From NCBI GenBank assembly GCA_903861305.1, contig CAIOTT010000056.1:5918-69917 (forward strand): 64,000 nt of DNA. The letters are read 5' to 3'. The DNA comes from Candidatus Omnitrophota bacterium (GTDB taxonomy: Bacteria > Omnitrophota > Gorgyraeia > Zapsychrales > Fredricksoniimonadaceae). The notes beneath the pieces were generated by a model. It ran no database searches and was not told where the DNA came from. It saw only the letters and a program-made list of their open reading frames with translations. Below are positions 37,001 through 43,828 of the stretch, piece by piece; the stretch's first letter is position 1, and each line of letters opens with the position of its first letter. Made by a program: the position numbers and the translations under genes.

Positions 37001-37271
37001 TCAGTGCCGCAAGAAAATATTTGACCAGACGCGAGGAGACTTCCCTGGCATCTGATGTTAACGACGCCGCGTCCCCTTTGTTAAGGATAAAATCAAAACG
37101 GAACGGATCTTTGGCGTAAACCTTGACCCCGGCAAGGATCGGCGGATGGAACGCGGGGCTCAGCGCCACGAGGCCCACCGGCGGGGGCATGAGCACCTGG
37201 GCATACGAAGGCGGCAGGAACGTATTCACCAGAAACGCCGCCAGAATAATGGAGGATATCCATGAACGCAT
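31029..37271 (-). CDS. Giant secreted protein P4 (2080 aa), paralog 4 of 5: signal peptide, N-cap, 2x(helical + GNAT) modules, HAD domain, 2x methyltransferase-like modules, C-cap
   Basis: Signal peptide MRSWISSIILAAFLVNTFLPPSYAQ. N-cap includes PFRFDFILNKGD and WVNLSPYEKDRIVPEAFG. GNAT-like cores are VAGFALILD...LAIDPRYRADPVKGRGSMGLGSRILERV and IAGFAMVR...VAVDPRYKADPLKGKASAGLGSIMLSRV. HAD motifs are VFDLADTLY...LASNAS...GKPDP. MTase-like cores are VKILFVGVGRGLEAIEA and VKVLFVGVGRGLEAVEA. The C-cap is DGGIDLN...GIAPVIIAVRPLNDLAGFLGAH. Start trimmed from 37412 to the ATG at 37271. Confidence 0.8.
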   Translation of the reverse strand: MRSWISSIILAAFLVNTFLPPSYAQVLMPPPVGLVALSPAFHPPILAGVKVYAKDPFRFDFILNKGDAASLTSDAREVSSRLVKYFLAALTVPAGEMWVNLSPYEKDRIVPEAFGQTEMGRDLLAQDYLLKQLTSSLMYPEQSLGKKFWAEIYKQAREKFGTTDIPVDTFNKVWIVPAKAVVYEKPKVAGNKSSDEAVAYVVEARLKVMLESDYVAMSHQKDMAEPPAPAGDLAEDHAQIEPSPLWGGNGRGSDLAKCIIRQIIIPVLEKEINEGKNFARLRQVYNSLILATWYKKKVMGALNNSPLGFYVGQNKVQGVTIDDPKEAEKIWGRYVEAFQKGAYNFIREEYDPATQETVPRKYFAGGVQIVPDLAMTDHIDAAALTPENSFLVEVHGDGIMPDGDGAQALAWKNFEAKVNSFSHETSDALLKYLLKNAAGYINKEFDRDVLFLFSRGQKPHYWEYPVFDKISSILNEEQKDEFARYLMRTDVDITARICILAKFKTVYCIHASLEEIRNFKDKDEVRHPNSVFLRIFAGRPVEDKHDLEKIRDALPPDEVVHMREVLRQRPFNAIPLAYAGVFFPELQDTAIDPVDTGLTGELLSAPTQFRFKIWDIDRKEDVEDIGRQMHNILLKSFSTEETPSLDAIYAVLNNEGHRVLFVEDGEGHVAGFALILDMNDGSVTLGVLAIDPRYRADPVKGRGSMGLGSRILERVIRDVKTLGYSRIYFQPSDKNNAIGFYRKYIGSSGRKDISLVRTNKYTKDDYAIEWAVPEDVIKERIGYLLADLRPGNTLTTADIARIVNVDSVSRVVEMLKRYYRPDIEKGRICVAPWEEFERRVNAFTYREGDSLLRYLMEDARGYIEDKFRSRQGLFTQDQIPGYWDFTVLDKISSVLNDGQKDQLALYLIKHLDNEPALAYFLTRFNTSYAVHVVLEKIRKAPTDKEAFSRAAFFMNTLAARPARYRSDFERVKASLAPDQLAELQGLMRQRSLLNVPLGYVGVFFPSLSDPELDPDHRFHSRIFDLDNDKDANSVLDQVYRILTVNFYGLELLSKIEVEALLGDPSCRWLLLQDAEGKIAGFAMVRTLEGDSVGLSLVAVDPRYKADPLKGKASAGLGSIMLSRVIHDVRSLGYSGLYYFPSDLNNAQKFYERFVSSERGVSIARSGKHRGFPYVMQWDLSDQTATTTGEAGDHAEGLKEGRADRGSLLDRPVKALVFDLADTLYASDSVKRLKVEAMVRFCLENDKGLVEKDVRAKYIELDSLSGVVKYFGLDMKAFNKAIDDLDITDAGLIPNDELAALLQRLHRSYHLVLASNASDAHVKQVLQKLGLDQVFDRIYTQGSMGVGKPDPKFFSNIAESLGFRPGAVVSIGGSLEKEVNAATSAGLKAIHVQGVEDLMANVVARIEEINAGMKEADPAAVAMAPAERTPYLEEESLDRSFELLDHFYDHQLTKMIVNSIFSTFIPGKKWGRPAPVKILFVGVGRGLEAIEAKRRYGRFVEVYAINKEDGLFYDKQSYLGAHGAGDPVHRGSAEAAFDHVRKNLRITDLDERLPSFETKFDLVVLCFATIPYVKNKVGVLNDMLEQYCKKNGHLLSFLSALIQLRSYFLEDHFSLHELMTERVPQFEGNINDLVEFFSEFKQKRKNVDVGFSFHEASLGWINIQKRGQYLIPLKFIGSRRDVQNEFPMQYSFYSREAAVSESTDGTVDGAETTQATNSRMPGGMGRMLNASETPYKDEKYISRTYRELDNVYGGQLTKLIGAKIFSNFLRARRFDGPPVKVLFVGVGRGLEAVEAQRKFGKFVDVHAINKEPGLFLDEAHFMASFGSFGNAGEERARDAFVHVRKNLKLADLDQELPSLDRKFDLVVMGTSVMPYFQDKVGVLNRILTGYCNDNGYLLSMLTNEIWLDQYASGHQTDPLLWKVAAIKNMKKVGEYFKSLARQNKNVQVSLYPLGEMKIAWVRIKKDRKYLIPLKLQEYGQPDVPDSIVADGQKGLAYFYSVYVPDSMGGNSLDHPLNRAAVDGGIDLNPVDRVMAVGAMDGGGFFHFDPAALEKYRDAAGIAPVIIAVRPLNDLAGFLGAH
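31260..33000 (-). repeat. In-frame tandem duplication inside P4 (methyltransferase-like module, two copies, period ~900 nt)
   Basis: TPYLEEESLDRSFELLDHFYDHQLTKMIVNSIF...VKILFVGVGRG...FDLVVLCFATIPYV is matched by TPYKDEKYISRTYRELDNVYGGQLTKLIGAKIF...VKVLFVGVGRG...FDLVVMGTSVMPYF. Confidence 0.7.
33700..36060 (-). repeat. In-frame tandem duplication inside P4 (helical region + GNAT, two copies, period ~1250 nt)
   Basis: Copy 1 starts ALAWKNFEAKVNSFSHETSDALLKYLLKNAAGYINKEF (~36060). Copy 2 starts VAPWEEFERRVNAFTYREGDSLLRYLMEDARGYIEDKF (~34800). The GNAT cores lie at ~35030-35300 and ~33790-34070. Confidence 0.7.
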
Positions 37272-37279
37272 CAAATTCC

Positions 37280-37301
37280 CTCTATAAAATAATTTATAGA
37301 G
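37280..37301. promoter_or_regulatory. Perfect 9 bp inverted repeat overlapping the P4 ribosome-binding region
   Basis: ctctataaa-ataa-tttatagag. On the minus strand its 3' arm runs into GAGGGAATTTG-ATG (P4 start at 37271). It could be an operator or an RBS-sequestering hairpin. Confidence 0.35.
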
Positions 37302-37338
37302 TAAGTATTTACTATAAAGATGAATAAAACAAGGTTGG

Positions 37339-38682
37339 CTAAAACTGGGTGCGGTACTTGAGGAAAACGCGGTCGTCCGGGATCTGTCGGGACGCTGTGG
37401 AGGGCTCGGCACCCTGCGCGGGAACGATCTCTTTTTGCGCCCCCAACGTTACCTTGCCCGTCACCCGGTATTCACCTTCCACGGTCTGGGTCAAAGCACG
37501 CTGGTGGCGCTCATCCGGCGTGTGCGCCACGGCCACGCCATAACCGACATCCAGCTTGTCAGAAAGGTCCCTGTTGAGCGTGACCCCCTGTTTGGTCTGG
37601 TCGAGCTTGTAGGATATGCCGGAAAATCCGAAGAACCCGGCCAGGCGCGTGCCTGCGCCGCCGAAGAAAAAGTAATCGATAAAATCACCGGCCAGCTCGG
37701 GCGTCATCTTGCGGCCTCCGGTAGAAACCCCGGCCAGGTCCCATTTTTTCCCTGTCGTCAGCATCAGCAACAGCTGCTCTTCAGGCAAAGGCGGATCGGA
37801 TACCAGACGAACATCTGGTTTCCAGCGTGTGCCTTTGGCGGCAATATCGATGTGGACGCGTGCCACTGTCGCTGTCGCGTGGACATCGATCTCAGGATTC
37901 GCCGGGTCACCGGAGAAAGTCAACCGGCTTTCCCCCAGATGCAGCAGGGTGCGCGGCGCCTGCAGAAACCCGCCGTGAATGTTGAGGGTCCCGTACGTGC
38001 CCCACAACCCGCCCGTGCGCATAAAATACAAGGCACAGCTGACAGGCGCATCTCGCAGCAGGAACCCGCCCTTGGGAATATGCCCGACCACGAACACACC
38101 CGCAACCTGCGGCTTTGCCAGCGTCCCGGTCAGTTGCAATTCAAGGCTTTTCAATTCTCCTTTTAATGGCGGGGGGTTTTTGAAATGCCTGATGATCTGG
38201 CGCAGGGCCGCAAGATCCAGGCTTTGGGAAAAGATGTCCGCGTGATAACGACCCTGCCTCAACCAGCCGTTCACAACTACAGGGTCCGCTGCGGGATCAA
38301 GGACACGGGCATTGTCGAGCGTAACATCAAGGCCATCGAACGCCGCCCGCGCCAGGCTCACATCCATTTCCTGCACGCGCACCATGCTGCCCTGCGGGAG
38401 GATCGAAGGGACATTGACCTGAAGGTTGAATATCCGCACGCCGCGTCCCAACGACCCCTCAATGCGCTCGTACGCCACCTGATCCGGGCCAAAAAAATAT
38501 TTCGTCGCCGCGCGCAATGACATCCGGGCGCCCTGCGGCGTCACGAGGAAGAACGCGGCTGATCCGGCAAGGAGAACAAAAATGGAGAGCAGGACGATCA
38601 AAAAGATCCCGATGATCCTGTCCAAGGAGAACCTGGCCACGTCAGCTCCTGATCTTTCCCAGAAGCCGCAAAAGGCCATCAA
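37339..38682 (-). CDS. Short TamB-like protein (N-terminal membrane anchor + DUF490/TamB C-terminal domain)
   Basis: 447 aa with anchor IIGIFLIVLLSIFVLLAGSAAFFLV. DUF490-like stretch: RLTFSGDPANPEIDVHATATVARVHIDIAAKGTRWKPDVRLVSDPPLPEEQLLLMLTTGKKW. Ends in ...FLKYRTQF. The exact start is uncertain, since it overlaps the upstream gene by ~41 nt. Confidence 0.6.
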   Translation of the reverse strand: MMAFCGFWERSGADVARFSLDRIIGIFLIVLLSIFVLLAGSAAFFLVTPQGARMSLRAATKYFFGPDQVAYERIEGSLGRGVRIFNLQVNVPSILPQGSMVRVQEMDVSLARAAFDGLDVTLDNARVLDPAADPVVVNGWLRQGRYHADIFSQSLDLAALRQIIRHFKNPPPLKGELKSLELQLTGTLAKPQVAGVFVVGHIPKGGFLLRDAPVSCALYFMRTGGLWGTYGTLNIHGGFLQAPRTLLHLGESRLTFSGDPANPEIDVHATATVARVHIDIAAKGTRWKPDVRLVSDPPLPEEQLLLMLTTGKKWDLAGVSTGGRKMTPELAGDFIDYFFFGGAGTRLAGFFGFSGISYKLDQTKQGVTLNRDLSDKLDVGYGVAVAHTPDERHQRALTQTVEGEYRVTGKVTLGAQKEIVPAQGAEPSTASRQIPDDRVFLKYRTQF

Positions 38683-39304
38683 GGATGGTCAGCGGATGCG
38701 GCGGGCATCCCGGGATGTAGAGATCGACAGGAATGAGCGCGCCGGCCCCCTGTGAAGCTTCGGGCCCTTCAGCAAATAATCCACCCGTGATCGCGCACGT
38801 CCCCACCGCAATGACGATCTTGGGCTCAGGCATGGCCGCGTAGGTCCGCAGAAGGGCATCTTTCATGTTCCGCGGGACAGGCCCCGTGACCACCAGGCCG
38901 TCAGCATGACGGGGGGATGCCACGAACTGTATCCCGAAACGGCTCAGGTCAAATACCACGGTGTTGAGGACATTGAGGTCAAGTTCACAGGCATTGCATC
39001 CGCCCGCGGAAACCTGGCGCAATTTGATAGAACGGCCGAACACCCGGAGCATTTCCGCGTTGAGCGCGCGGGCCAGCTTTTGCTCCTTCTCGCCGGCAAC
39101 AAGGTCATCGCGCCCGGAAGCGGCCATGCGAAAGTCCCCGGCATACGCCACCCCGTCATCGGGAGCGAACGTCAGGTTGCCGGCATCCACCCCGGCGGCG
39201 ATGGGCCTGCCGCGGTAACGCGCCGGCAGCACCGGCGCCGGACCTTTGGGGAACGCAATGGTCCGCGTTTTTTGCCTCAACCGTGTCATGATGATCTTCA
39301 GCAT
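38642..39304 (-). CDS. NuoB/HycG/HyfI-like small subunit of a group-4-hydrogenase-related (Ehr-like) membrane complex
   Basis: 220 aa. All four cluster ligands are present: GGCNAC, GTCAITGG and PGCPPHP. Confidence 0.85.
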   Translation of the reverse strand: MLKIIMTRLRQKTRTIAFPKGPAPVLPARYRGRPIAAGVDAGNLTFAPDDGVAYAGDFRMAASGRDDLVAGEKEQKLARALNAEMLRVFGRSIKLRQVSAGGCNACELDLNVLNTVVFDLSRFGIQFVASPRHADGLVVTGPVPRNMKDALLRTYAAMPEPKIVIAVGTCAITGGLFAEGPEASQGAGALIPVDLYIPGCPPHPLTILDGLLRLLGKIRS

Positions 39305-39316
39305 ATCAGCCCCGCC

Positions 39317-40828
39317 TCACAGGTCATGCCCGCAATAGGACAAGTTGAAACTTTTATTGCACAGCGGAAAATCCGAGATCTCACCGCCGCGCATCACCAA
39401 CGCCAGCGCGTGCCAGTTATGGAACGACGGGTCCTTGATCTTGTAGCGCGTGAAAGCACCCTGGCTGTCCGTGATGCCGGCATGCATGATCTCGCCGCGC
39501 CAGCCTTCGACAAGTGCCATGGCCATCATCCCGGGCTGCAGGGCGCCCGGCGGCGTAAAGACCCCTCCCCTGGGAAGGGACGGCAGGACCTTGAGCAGGA
39601 ATTCCAGGGATCGCATGGCTTCCTGTTTTTTTACCAAAGCGCGCGCGAGCACATCACCCGTAGCGCTCACCGAAAGCGGGACATGATGGAACTGCCACAT
39701 CCCGGACGCGTAGTTGATGCGCACGTCGCGTTCCAGGTGGCTGGCGCGGGCCGCGGGGCCGACGACGCCCAGCTTCTTCGCGTCTGCCATGGACAGCACG
39801 CCTACGCCTTCGAAACGGGCGAGCACCGAAGGCCTGGAAAACAACAGGGCACTCACATCCTCAAATTCCCGGCGATACAACTTCAATTTTCTGCAAAGAT
39901 CGTCGGCCATTGCCGGCTCAATATCAAACAAAACGCCGCCCGGACGGCACAACCCTTTGCCAAAACGGCTGCCGGTCAACGCCAAAAGGAGGTTCAGGTA
40001 ATCCCCGCGCATGCGCCCGAAATACGCGCTTGACGGCAGGAACCCCGTATCCATCCCCATGGCGCCAAGGTCCCCCGTGTGATTGGCCAGGCGCTCCAGT
40101 TCGAGTGCCACGGCGCGGATGGCCTGCGCCCGGGGCGGGATCACGCAGCCGGCCAGAGCTTCAACGACCTCGCAGTATGCCACCGAATGACCTATGGCCG
40201 TGTCCCCCGCGATGGCTTCACTCAATAAGGCGCCACGCCGCACATCACGGCCGCGCATCATGGGCTCAAGGCCACGGTGCTGGTACCCGAGCTGGATCTC
40301 CAGGTGAAGTATCTCTTCCCCGTGGCACTGGAAACGGAAATGCCCGGGTTCAATGATACCCGCGTGAACAGGGCCGACACCAACCTCATGGACTTCCTCA
40401 CCACCCACAGCAAAAAAAGGATACGCGCCGGGAATGACCTGACGGGATATATCGGGCCAAATATCGGGCGCGCCGCGGTAATTCGAATGATAGCGCAGCG
40501 GCTTGAGCCAGGGATGCCCCTCGGGCACGACGGCCCATTGTTCCGCGATCTCACGCTCAAAGGCATGGGCCTGCACAAGGTCTTTGGTAAGGGATTCATA
40601 CTGCAGCCTGTCGGCAGGCAGCCGCGTTGACAGAGCCACCAGCGATGCTTCCTCGTCAAACCCGAGGACCGCGAAAAGCCGAACGCTCCCGTCATCCTGC
40701 CGGTCACCGAACAGGTTCACCAGGCGCCCTTCAGCAGCGCAGGCATCAATGATCTGCCCGCGGAATTCCTCTACGGGAAGGTCCGGGATATCTGCCAGCG
40801 CCGCGCGCGCTCCGTTGAATAATTCCAT
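39317..40828 (-). CDS. NuoC-NuoD / HycE-HyfG-like large subunit that apparently lacks the Ni-Fe cysteine ligands (EhrL-like)
   Basis: Contains GPVHAGIIEPGHFRFQCHGEEILHLEIQLGYQHRGLE. At the expected RxCGxCxxxH position it reads SEAIAGDTAIGHSVAY. The C-terminus reads FNLSYCGHDL rather than DPCxxCxxR/H. Start trimmed to the MELFNG ATG at 40828, directly after the upstream stop. Confidence 0.8.
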   Translation of the reverse strand: MELFNGARAALADIPDLPVEEFRGQIIDACAAEGRLVNLFGDRQDDGSVRLFAVLGFDEEASLVALSTRLPADRLQYESLTKDLVQAHAFEREIAEQWAVVPEGHPWLKPLRYHSNYRGAPDIWPDISRQVIPGAYPFFAVGGEEVHEVGVGPVHAGIIEPGHFRFQCHGEEILHLEIQLGYQHRGLEPMMRGRDVRRGALLSEAIAGDTAIGHSVAYCEVVEALAGCVIPPRAQAIRAVALELERLANHTGDLGAMGMDTGFLPSSAYFGRMRGDYLNLLLALTGSRFGKGLCRPGGVLFDIEPAMADDLCRKLKLYRREFEDVSALLFSRPSVLARFEGVGVLSMADAKKLGVVGPAARASHLERDVRINYASGMWQFHHVPLSVSATGDVLARALVKKQEAMRSLEFLLKVLPSLPRGGVFTPPGALQPGMMAMALVEGWRGEIMHAGITDSQGAFTRYKIKDPSFHNWHALALVMRGGEISDFPLCNKSFNLSYCGHDL

Positions 40829-40829
40829 A

Positions 40830-42242
40830 TCAGCCCCCCACCAAAGCCGCGGCCGCGCGTATGACCCTCTCCAGCGGCACCGGCAGCCACACGCCAAGAA
40901 CGACCAAGCCCGCCGCCCCCAGCCCGATCGCCGTGTTCATGAAAAGGTTCTCTTTCTTCTCCAAGACCGGCGCCGTTGCTTCCCCGTGCGCCGCGTCAAG
41001 GATGATCCGGCCGATACCAACGAACACCAGCGCCAGGCAGGCCACCACCGCGGCCGCGAGGACATACTGACGGGAGGCGATCGCGGCGTTGAGGATCATC
41101 AGCTCGCTGTGGAACGTGGCAAAAGGGAACATGCCCGTACCGGCGAGGAATGCCACGATCAGGAACATCCCCGTCACCGGATAAACATGAAGGATGCCCC
41201 GGACATCGCCGACGCGTGAGGAACCGTATTTTTGCGCGATCGACCCGGCCGTAAAGAACATGATGACTTTCGCCAGCGCGTTATTGATCATGTGGAACAA
41301 CGCACCGAAAACCCCCGCCCCGCCGAGACCAAGGCCCAGGACCAGAAGCCCCATGTGCTCGATGGAAGAATACGCGAACGCCCGCTTGATGTTCCTTTCA
41401 CCCAGGACGAACAAGGCGGGAACGACCAGCGACAGGAATCCCGAAAGGATCAGGATCGATCCATAAAATTCGCCAAGGCCCGTTCTATGGCAGATCTGGC
41501 TGACACGTAAAAGGGCCAGGAACGCGCACTGGGTCAGCGCGCCAGCCATCACGACCACGACCATCCCCGTGGCCTGGCCGTAGGCCTCCGGCTTCCAGCT
41601 GTGCGTGGGGGCCAACCCCATTTTGCAGCCATAACCAACAAAAAGGAATATAACACTCAGCTTGAGCCAGTTGACCAACAGCAGCGGCGCACCATTCAAC
41701 AGGGACGGTAAAAGGAGGGTGTGCACATCGTGCGCGGCGATCGCGAGAAAGAACGTCCCCATGAGCGCCAGGGCTATACCGACCGAGCAGATCAGCAAAT
41801 ATTTCCAGGTCGCCTCAAGGCTCTGGGGGGTGCGGTGAAAACTGATGAGCGGCGCGCTGAGCAGCGTCGTCGTCTCGACCGAGACCCATAACAGGCCCAT
41901 GTGGTAACTGACGGCCACAACGCTCATGGCCGAGAGCACGAACAGCAGGCAGGCCATGAAGTACCTGTTGTTCCTTTGTTCATGCTCGAAATACCCGATC
42001 ATATAGACCGCCAGGCTCAGGAAAAGCACCGTGTCGATCGACAGCATGATCAGCCCCAGGGGGTCCAGGACCAAAGCGCCGTCGAACTGCGGCGGGGGCA
42101 ATTGTTTCCAGCATGACGCCACAAGGCCCGCGTGGACCAACGTCACAGCCAGGAACAGCAGGCATCTGCCCGCGTTCTTCAGCGGCAGGAACGCGGCCAG
42201 GGCCCCGGTGAACGGGACAAGGATCAGCGCCAGTACTATCAT
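40830..42242 (-). CDS. NuoN/NuoM/HyfF-like antiporter-type membrane subunit
   Basis: 470 aa, about 14 TM helices, proton-conducting membrane transporter family features. Confidence 0.8.
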   Translation of the reverse strand: MIVLALILVPFTGALAAFLPLKNAGRCLLFLAVTLVHAGLVASCWKQLPPPQFDGALVLDPLGLIMLSIDTVLFLSLAVYMIGYFEHEQRNNRYFMACLLFVLSAMSVVAVSYHMGLLWVSVETTTLLSAPLISFHRTPQSLEATWKYLLICSVGIALALMGTFFLAIAAHDVHTLLLPSLLNGAPLLLVNWLKLSVIFLFVGYGCKMGLAPTHSWKPEAYGQATGMVVVVMAGALTQCAFLALLRVSQICHRTGLGEFYGSILILSGFLSLVVPALFVLGERNIKRAFAYSSIEHMGLLVLGLGLGGAGVFGALFHMINNALAKVIMFFTAGSIAQKYGSSRVGDVRGILHVYPVTGMFLIVAFLAGTGMFPFATFHSELMILNAAIASRQYVLAAAVVACLALVFVGIGRIILDAAHGEATAPVLEKKENLFMNTAIGLGAAGLVVLGVWLPVPLERVIRAAAALVGG

Positions 42243-42907
42243 GCGTTCTCCCCCATCTTGCCACGGCTGGATCCCGGCGACCGCTCAAAGGCTTCATTGA
42301 TATGATTGACAACAATGGCCATGATGAACACGGCCACAAAGATATCCAGCAGGATGCCCATTTCCATGATGACGGGCATGGCATCGAACAGGGAAAGCCC
42401 AAAAAGGAAGATCCCGTTCTCCATCACCAGGTATCCCAGGACCTGGGCCACGGCCAGCGTGCGGGTCACCATGATCATGAACCCCAGGAGCACCGTGGCC
42501 AGGGAACACGGCAGGATCAGGTCGGACAAAGGCTTGCCCGGCAATTTCAGCGACAAAGAAACCCAGAAAGCCCCGGCGATCAGCAGCGCGCCAAAGATGA
42601 GCGAAGCGCCGACCCCGATGATCGGCTTGATCTCGGAACGCATGGAAACCCGGCGTATCGCCCAGGACAGGATATACGGAACGAGCCCGGCCTTGAGCAC
42701 CAGCGTCCCCAGCGCCAGGGTGATATCACGCCCGGCCAGGTCATGGGCATGCAGGAAGAACGGCACAAAGCTCAGCACAAAGGCCTGGGCCGCGAAGATC
42801 TGGATCACCCCGATCAAACGGTGCGTCGCCAGCATCGCCAGGGCGAAGAACACAATAAGGATACAACTTGCATCGATCCATGCTGTCATCTTGACTACAT
42901 CCTCCAC
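42239..42907 (-). CDS. HyfE-like (NuoK-related) membrane subunit
   Basis: 222 aa, polytopic. Its size and position between the NuoH-like and NuoN-like genes match hyfE. Confidence 0.65.
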   Translation of the reverse strand: MEDVVKMTAWIDASCILIVFFALAMLATHRLIGVIQIFAAQAFVLSFVPFFLHAHDLAGRDITLALGTLVLKAGLVPYILSWAIRRVSMRSEIKPIIGVGASLIFGALLIAGAFWVSLSLKLPGKPLSDLILPCSLATVLLGFMIMVTRTLAVAQVLGYLVMENGIFLFGLSLFDAMPVIMEMGILLDIFVAVFIMAIVVNHINEAFERSPGSSRGKMGENA

Positions 42908-43821
42908 AAGCCGACAATGAACCCGAAGAACGCGAGGACGAATGCGATCAGCAAAAGGTTCCTCACGCGGTTAAGGCGCAGGCGTGCCATCGACGATTCC
43001 ACGATCCCCACCAGGACGGCCATCCCTGCCATCCCGCCCAGGAAAATGGCCATGTCCGCCAGCGGATAACCCATCCGGACGGGGATGACCAGCGGCACCA
43101 CGATCGCCGCGAACAGGAAGAGTTTCACGGCCGCGCCGTAGAGCATATATGCCAGGTCAATGCCGCTGTGCTCCAGGATCATCACCTCATGGATCATGGT
43201 CAATTCCAGGTGCGTGTCCGGGTCGTCGACAGGAATGCGGCAGTTCTCCGCCAGAAGGACGATGAACATGCTGGCCGCCACAAGCAGGAGCGCCGGGCCC
43301 GCGTGCACCCACAGTAAAGGCACCTCGGCGCCGATCATGCGCGATAATGAAAAACCGTGCGCCAGGAGCGCCAGGGTGATGAAATTCATGAACAGCGCCA
43401 ACTCCCCCAGGCAGGCGAAGAACGCCTCGCGGCTGGCGCCCATGCCTTCCATCCCAAAGCCCGTGTCCAAAGCAGCCACGATCATGAAGAACCGGGCCAG
43501 GCCGAGCATCGCCGCCAGCCACAGGATATCGCCCGTGAACGCCGCCGGGGCCTGGGATATGCCCAAAGGCACCGCCAGTGACAAGGCCAGCATCGCGGCG
43601 AGCATGACCAGGGGCGCGGCGCGGAAGACCCACGTGGTGGTGCGGCTGTAGACGGAATTCTTGAAAAAAAGGCGCCTCAGGTCAAAATACGGCTGGAATA
43701 ACGACGGGCCGGTCTTCCCGGCAAAACGGGCCTTGACCCTCGCGATCACGCCCGTGAATAGCGGTGCCAGGATCAGGGCCAGCAGCCAGTGAGAACCAAC
43801 GTCGCATGTCAGCATCAGCAT
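42895..43821 (-). CDS. NuoH/HycD/HyfC-like membrane subunit
   Basis: 308 aa, polytopic, NADH dehydrogenase subunit 1-like. Confidence 0.75.
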   Translation of the reverse strand: MLMLTCDVGSHWLLALILAPLFTGVIARVKARFAGKTGPSLFQPYFDLRRLFFKNSVYSRTTTWVFRAAPLVMLAAMLALSLAVPLGISQAPAAFTGDILWLAAMLGLARFFMIVAALDTGFGMEGMGASREAFFACLGELALFMNFITLALLAHGFSLSRMIGAEVPLLWVHAGPALLLVAASMFIVLLAENCRIPVDDPDTHLELTMIHEVMILEHSGIDLAYMLYGAAVKLFLFAAIVVPLVIPVRMGYPLADMAIFLGGMAGMAVLVGIVESSMARLRLNRVRNLLLIAFVLAFFGFIVGLWRM

Positions 43822-43828
43822 AGAAGGG

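Noticed and set aside
23451-37271. Interpreting the P2-P3-P4 block as a prophage, integrative element or transposon-borne island.
   Set aside because: No integrase, transposase, terminal repeats, tRNA attachment site or phage structural genes are visible. The block is flanked by, and translationally coupled to, housekeeping genes (rluA downstream, TamB-like/Ehr upstream).
39317-40828. Calling the locus a formate hydrogenlyase / Hyf-type [NiFe] hydrogenase (hycE/hyfG).
   Set aside because: The expected CxxC pairs at both Ni-Fe ligand motifs are absent in my reading. No HycF-like ferredoxin subunit, formate dehydrogenase, hyp or hycI genes are adjacent. I therefore annotated it as hydrogenase-related (Ehr-like) rather than as a hydrogenase.
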